A stretch of 64,000 nt of DNA, taken from positions 62,001 through 126,000 of the forward strand of contig NIVC01002157.1 in the NCBI GenBank assembly GCA_002269645.1, written 5' to 3'. The notes under the pieces are model-generated. The model did no database searches. It was not told where the DNA came from and saw nothing but the letters and a program-made list of their open reading frames with translations. Of this stretch, positions 58,051 through 64,000 are shown piece after piece. The position numbers and the translations under genes were made by a program. Source of the DNA: Macrostomum lignano (Eukaryota). Position 1 is the stretch's first letter. Every line of letters starts with the position of its first letter.

Positions 58051-61000
58051 AGCTATATTATATTCCTTTGTGGTTTTGTCGTATTTTAAGGTTATTACAT
58101 TTCTTCAAATTACTTTTGACTAGGCTAGGCCTATGACTAAGACTAATGTTTATTGACAGGGAACCTATTGTAATAAATACTTAATAGGCCTAAAACTATT
58201 TGATTTCTAACTAGGCATAACCTTAACTGCCTTAACTAACTAGATTTTTTATTGATTGCATGCTTGCAAAGTATAAGTATTGACTGCAACTACATGCTTT
58301 AGCCCTATCATATTGGTTATTGCCAGAGTTCAAGGCTGTTATTAAGTATATTCTAGTGTCTATTTTGCTTAGGCCTCTATTACTGTTGCTGCTTATAAAA
58401 TTAGACTTATTTTGTATTTTTACTCATTTACACATGTATATGTGTATATATACATATATATGAAATTATTTATTTATTCATGCTAGGCCTACATAACATT
58501 TGGCTAAATATCTATTGGAGGAATTCGAAAACTGAAGGGAACTAGAGTAGGCCTAGGCCCCTTTTAGAAAAATAGCTTTAGCCTAGCTAATATATTATCC
58601 TTTTATTATATGCAAAGAATTAAGCTCAAGTCAGTAATTATCATATAGTTCATTTTTTTTAACTTTGCTTAATTGCAGACCAGCTGTCAGGCCAATGAAG
58701 TGCTGTGTGTCAAGATGTACAAGCAACTACACTACTGGTACTATATGGCCAGGGTGGCTTTGAATTGCCCTTGAGGCCATGTCCACACTTTTTCCATGCT
58801 CCTGTGATGCTCTTGGATATCCAGAACTGAGATGCCCAGGTTGGCCACCAACAAATTCCACAGGTGACTGAGATGACAGACCAGCTATTCTAATGCTTCC
58901 TAAACTTAGTATTGATGTGTAGAGTGACAGGGTTTGTCAGCATACACATGTACCATTTGTAGACATTAGCCTAACACTGGTTATGAACACTGCTGAATTT
59001 GTTAAAATAATTTTTGTGCATTTTTAAAAGCGTTTTTCTTTGTTTTTGTTACTTACTTTTTCCATTTTCCTTCTTTTAATACTGTTGTCGGATTTCCATC
59101 CTCCAAATATTTGTACTTTCTGTTTTGCAATTCAGCCTCGTACTTTTCAGTTAGCCGACTCCCTTCGTTTACCATACTTTTCCCCACAGACAATTTCAAC
59201 CGTTAATTTACCACAGATAATTCAGCTAACCTCCTGTTCATTATTGTTAATATAAATACAAGTTTAACTCGCGGCTTTGGCCCTGGTCCTCTGCTTCACT
59301 TCTTTTCTGCCCCGCTAATCACTGTTAAATCAATTTGCAACACTGATCGACAGACAAATCTGCTCAATATAGTTTATCATACCCCCTCAGTTTTGTGGTG
59401 GCCAGACTGCTGTTTATAAGTTTAGCTATAAGCAACTAAACTCGACACAACTCTGCTTGCTTGCTAAATTATATTGCCAATGCCACTCGCAAGCCACTTC
59501 AATTTACAGATTATAGCTAGAGAGAATAGAATGTTGAAACAGGAGTCTGCTTTGTGATGTTTGACTTTTTTATTCTCACTCATTTTTTCTGGCCCTCTTA
59601 TGAGAAAGATTTCAAAGGATATAGACCAAAGCATGCGGGTTCTGTATATGATCTCCAGACTTCTGAATCTCTCAGAAACGTCAATAGCTAATGAAACTAC
59701 GAGCGTATTCAGAAAAGATGCGCCTAAGATTTTCGCCTCGTTTTTTAATTTTGCTTCCTAAATTTAAAGATTTGAATACCAAAACGCCCCAAAATATAGG
59801 GCGTCTCCAGTGTACAGGATTTTCTTGCATCTACATCTAGTGGGAAACGAAACTAGATGACTTACGTGGTAGGAGAACAGTCTGGCGAAAAAAGTAACAT
59901 TCTACATGCAATCGATTCGGAGATACAAACATTTCAATGATCGGCCTTCAATTATTTTTGCACGATTTGCAAGTGTTGCGTCCTTTTAGTCTAGCAGTCC
60001 TTGATTCCACCCAGGAACATTCCATCTTTTTGGTCATTCAGAGCTTTAAGGTTAGAGAAACTGCGCAAAGTGTTCGCAGATGGAACATTTCGTGTGGTTC
60101 CGCGCATATGTTACTCCTCACAATCGGAATCTCCAAGCAGGGTTATTTCCCCCCTGCTTCTTCGCGCTGCTTACCGGAAAATCTAAGGCTGCATAGCATC
60201 TTATTTGGACAAAACTTTAGTAGGCTGCGTGCCCTTTGATTTCCTATTTGCACGAAGCTGTGAACTCTGATGGTTTGAATTACGCTATTGCGCTATTGCG
60301 TAATTCAAACGCGTGAATTGTTTAGCATTTCCATTGCATCAGATAAGTAAATCCGTGTCTTATTTGTACAGTGGGGCTACAGACTCATCGGGAAGGCTTA
60401 AGTAGTTTATTGGGTTGAAGCTTCGCACATTCGCGATGGGAGTTTTAATAATTTTAGAATTGAACTCATTTGAAGGGCCATTGCACAATAATTTAACACC
60501 CGGTACAATTCCGGTGCCAGTCGAAATGCGTGCAACGTGCTTGGTGTCGAAATTTTTTTTAGATTAACGTATTTCAGCTATCACTCAATAGAATGAGCAG
60601 CGATTGTGCATTATTATATACGCTCGTACTCGCATATGCTGTTGCTATCCATGTATTGCGTAAAACATCGGAATGCATTTGTATTTGAAATGATAGCTAA
60701 ATGTCTCCGTTAGGCAACTCCTCTCCCTCATCTCATCCTCTCACGCCATCACTCATCAGTCTTCTTTCCTTTCCAAGACCGATTGTGAATGATTTCAGAG
60801 CCTAAAATGAATTGCGTAATCACAGCAACTTTCATTAATACTCTACATACATCACGTTTGGCCCAATGATAAAAGTTTTTGTTTAACTTTCTGTTAGCAA
60901 GGTTTCTAATGGTTGGAAGATTTTCCCAAATGAAGACTTTGACGTGAAGAGTTAAATACATTTGGTTATACGAGCTATATTCGAAAATTTTGAACCTGCA

Positions 61001-62041
61001 AATATCAGTCTTTTAATAGATTTTTTGAAATCCATGGCGACACTAGCTATAGTAAAAAATATTCTAGCCGTAACAGGCAACCCATTGCCGGCGAAGGATG
61101 ATCAGAAGCATAGAGCAGGCAAATCCTACATCTGCCCATGACTCGGTCGAGATCACACAATCGAGGCTCAGCCAGCACGACCAAAGGAAGCACATGGCTG
61201 AAGTGCAAAAAAATCGACGATTCCAAATTTCTCATTGACGAGTTGGAGCCGGTTATCGATGTCATTTGTGCATTAGCGATTGTAGCGCACACGCAAGTGA
61301 AGTCTGGTATCCCAAACCAAAAAGGCTCTCAGCAGTGCCGCTTTCGCTGTGTATGGCGGTGCACCAAGGAGGCCGGTCAACGCGCACATCCGCCGCCTGC
61401 ACAAGGAGGACCGAGAGGCCGAGATTGAGACTAAGACCCTGGAAGCAGAGCAGCGTGTCGCCAACAAGGCAGCCGACGCACGACAGCTGGCGACAAAAAA
61501 AACTGTTCCGAATGTCATAATCGTGCTTTGCGAGTATCTTAGGGACTTTGACCGGTGGCCTGCTAGCTCAGCTCCTTGCTCCTTGCTCTGGGGCGGAATA
61601 CATTTCTGCCCAACATGCTAGTCGGTACAGCAGTTGCTGATTTTGATGGCATCTTTTGGGCGATTTTGAGTTAAAAATAATATTTTTGCATATTTTTGCA
61701 TAAAGCAGTTGCTTAGCATTTCAGTCCCTTGAAAATCTAATCAATATTCACTTATCCCAAGGCATTTAACTTAGCTGATTGGTTTGGATTTAGTGGTGTT
61801 TAAAAAATAGAAATTGAAGCGGCTCATCACCAATAGATCTCAGTAGAGAGCCAAGACAGTCCCCAAAAATCCTGTCGGACAAACTTGTCTCAAAAACATA
61901 AATAGGAGTCTAAGCGGAGTGTAAAGCATTATAACAGTATTTACGAGATCTTAGTGTCTGATATAAGTTTCTCAAGTAGGCTTATCCTAGCCGAAGTTGC
62001 AGATCAGTTAAACAGCTGCTGGACACAAAGTTGCAGAATAT

Positions 62042-62617
62042 TTATCCCTTATAAATGAGTAGCTCGAAAGTCTTCATATGATTGTTCAGTGTTAGCACGG
62101 TTCCCGAGTCGTAAAGGTAGTAGAATATGCCATCATCTTTGCCGTCAGAGTACATCTTGTAGATTCCGTTCGGGTTGATGGCCGCGCAGTGTCCATACCA
62201 CCAGCCAGCTGACTTCTCAGCAGCGCAGCTGCCATAAAAGTGCGCGTCATTGTCATATTCGGGCGTGCTGAACTGGTGATTATTTGGCAAAAAGAGTGCT
62301 TCAGTTCGCTTTCCGACGCTTGACCTGCTCGCGTCCAGTGGTCCCATCAAGCACCTGTACTTATCGGTCACTGGCCCAACAGAGAACGGAGCATTCTCAG
62401 CCCAGTACCAATTGCCGTTGAAGTCACTGAACTCCCAGCGGACTCTCCACACTCCAGTGGCGGTGAGCTGGTGGAGCTGCTCCAGTCCCATCCAGTAGTT
62501 GAGTCTCTCGCCCTGACCAAATCCGTTCACGTAGTCCCCCCAGTTTCGGTCGAAGCTGACGGAGCCGTCGACTCTGTGCTGGAACGTCGTCCAGCAAGCG
62601 CCCAACGGCTCCTGGAA
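62042..62617 (-). CDS. Fibrinogen-related domain (FReD) protein, exon 2
   Basis: WTTFQHRVDGSVSFDRNW.DY..GFG, YWMGLE.LHQLT, FST...DND, C....AGWWY..C...NPNG; acceptor TTTCAG phase 0; TAA at 62044-62042. Confidence 0.93.
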   Translation of the reverse strand, partial: FQEPLGACWTTFQHRVDGSVSFDRNWGDYVNGFGQGERLNYWMGLEQLHQLTATGVWRVRWEFSDFNGNWYWAENAPFSVGPVTDKYRCLMGPLDASRSSVGKRTEALFLPNNHQFSTPEYDNDAHFYGSCAAEKSAGWWYGHCAAINPNGIYKMYSDGKDDGIFYYLYDSGTVLTLNNHMKTFELLIYKG

Positions 62618-62701
62618 CTGAAATTAACAGGAGATGAAGTTAGCACATGAGAACTCTGTTAAAGCTAGACAGTATCCTGATCACTGAGCTGTGCTACTCA
62701 C

Positions 62702-63010
62702 CCACAGCTTCGCCAGGCCAGGATCTCCCACGTGCCGGCACTTTCGGCAGGCGTCCTTGCTGCTTCGGTGGCACATCAGCAGGGTGCAGTCACCCGACTC
62801 GGCGCTGAATGAGACAGCGTGAGCAGCTTCGGCTCTGCTCAGACAGTGGATCTTGCTGGCACTCTTGAACACTCGCAGTACCCTGTACTCAGAGATGTCA
62901 CTAGACTGCAGCTTCCAATTCGAGAGAGAATTGGAAGAGTCAGCTGGCTCAGCAATCACAGTTAAGGCGATTGCAAACACCCAACAGGCAAATCATATGT
63001 TGGGACTCAT
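62702..63010 (-). pseudogene. FReD gene exon 1: signal peptide plus PAN/apple-like region, in-frame TGA at codon 6
   Basis: ATG at 63010 reads MSPNI*FACWVFAIALTVIA; donor GTGAGT phase 0 joins exon 2 across an 84 bp intron. Confidence 0.65.
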
Positions 63011-63584
63011 TCTGGGATTTTATTATTCACTGTCAGAGCTCGATTGGGCGTCAATATCGAGAGAATACCGATATGGAGATCTTATGAGCCGTGTTCGCAC
63101 CTCGCAAGCGATTTTCCCCCGCTAAATTGACTTGTATTTATACACAGCAAATAAATCAATGCCAGCTTTGACTGAAAGCTTTTCATTGTGAATCTGAATG
63201 GCCCAATGTGTCGCATTGTAGCCCCCCCCCCCGACAAAGGCTTTTAAACTGGGACCGATTGCTTCATTTGTTTTTTTCTGCTCTGCCGCGCTTGTAAATT
63301 TCTGAAAAAGAAATGTTTGCGCCACTGACGAGGCCGTGGAGATGCTAGGCTATTATGAAAAATTGCTCATCCACGAGGCGTTTGAAGCTGCGATGCTTTG
63401 AATTCGATTTTCAGCTCCCCGACAGGCAGCAGTTCCAGCTCATTAGCTGTTTAGATTGAAGCTCCATTGTTGAGCTGAATTGTGCAGTTCTGCTATTGCC
63501 TTCTTGTAGGCTCTCACAATAATAGGATTCAGCTCTTTTTAAATAGGGCTCGACACCGTTAGCTGTTAGATAGGAGCAGTCCAA

Positions 63585-64000
63585 GGATCTGGGAGGGTGG
63601 CAGGTGGAGCAGCTAGAGGATCTGGGAGGGGTGGCGGGTGGAGCAGCCAGAGGAGCTGGGAGGGTGGCGGGTGGAGCAGCCAGAGGAGCTGGGAGGGTGG
63701 CGGGTGGAGCAGCCAGAGGAGCTGGGAGGGTGGCGGGTGGAGCAGCCAGAGGAGCTGGGAGGGTGGCGGGTGGTCAGCCAGAGGATCTGGGAGGGTGGTG
63801 GGTGGAGCAGCCAGAGGATCTGGGAGGGTGGCGGGGGATCAGCCAGAGGATCTGGGAGGGTGGCGGGTGGAGCAGCCAGAGGAGCTGGGAGTGTGGCGGG
63901 GGGATCAGCCAGAGGATCTGGGAGGGTGGTGGGTGGAGCAGCCAGAGGATTTGGGAGGGTGGCAGGTGGAGCAGCCAGAGGATCTGGGAGGGTGGCGGGT
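63585..64000. repeat. G-rich 33 bp minisatellite GGAGCAGCCAGAGGAGCTGGGAGGGTGGCGGGT, runs off the window
   Basis: Direct reading. Confidence 0.95.

Noticed and set aside
59500-60500. Short ORFs (66-100 aa) possibly representing the missing Rag 5' exons
   Set aside because: No Rag G1/G3/G4 motifs in any minus-strand frame I could read; no recognisable homology

Overview
Repeat-rich metazoan genomic DNA, not prokaryotic: spliceosomal GT-AG introns, GC-rich exons, and a different minisatellite in almost every intron. This style resembles a free-living flatworm such as Macrostomum (inference only). Five spliced genes were reconstructed by hand, all on the minus strand: (1) Pitx homeobox, 3 exons, 430 aa, K50 homeodomain and a divergent OAR motif; (2) a laccase-type multicopper oxidase, 9 exons, about 747 aa, all four Cu-binding motifs, with an apparent 1-nt frameshift in exon 5; (3) TMX3-like transmembrane thioredoxin, 7 exons, 498 aa, CGHC site and KKxx tail; (4) the 3' three exons of a RagC/D GTPase, with a 1-nt frameshift and no 5' half found in the window; (5) a secreted PAN-like plus fibrinogen-domain gene with an in-frame TGA at codon 6. 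There is also one unassigned plus-strand ORF. Mobile DNA: a full-length but decayed 4.33-kb Mag-like Ty3/Gypsy element with tiny LTRs inside a laccase intron, a Penelope-like 3' remnant carrying a minimal hammerhead ribozyme motif, a CORE-type SINE, a MITE-like palindrome containing a perfect CLEAR/E-box, and DNA-transposon debris. I found no convincing wholly new multi-gene system. The best leads are the hammerhead motif, the CLEAR-box palindrome in the Rag gene, the headless Rag, the nuclear-receptor DR4 array and K50 site cluster around pitx, and the oddities of the Gypsy element. Many long ORFs in the supplied track are artefacts of tandem repeats.
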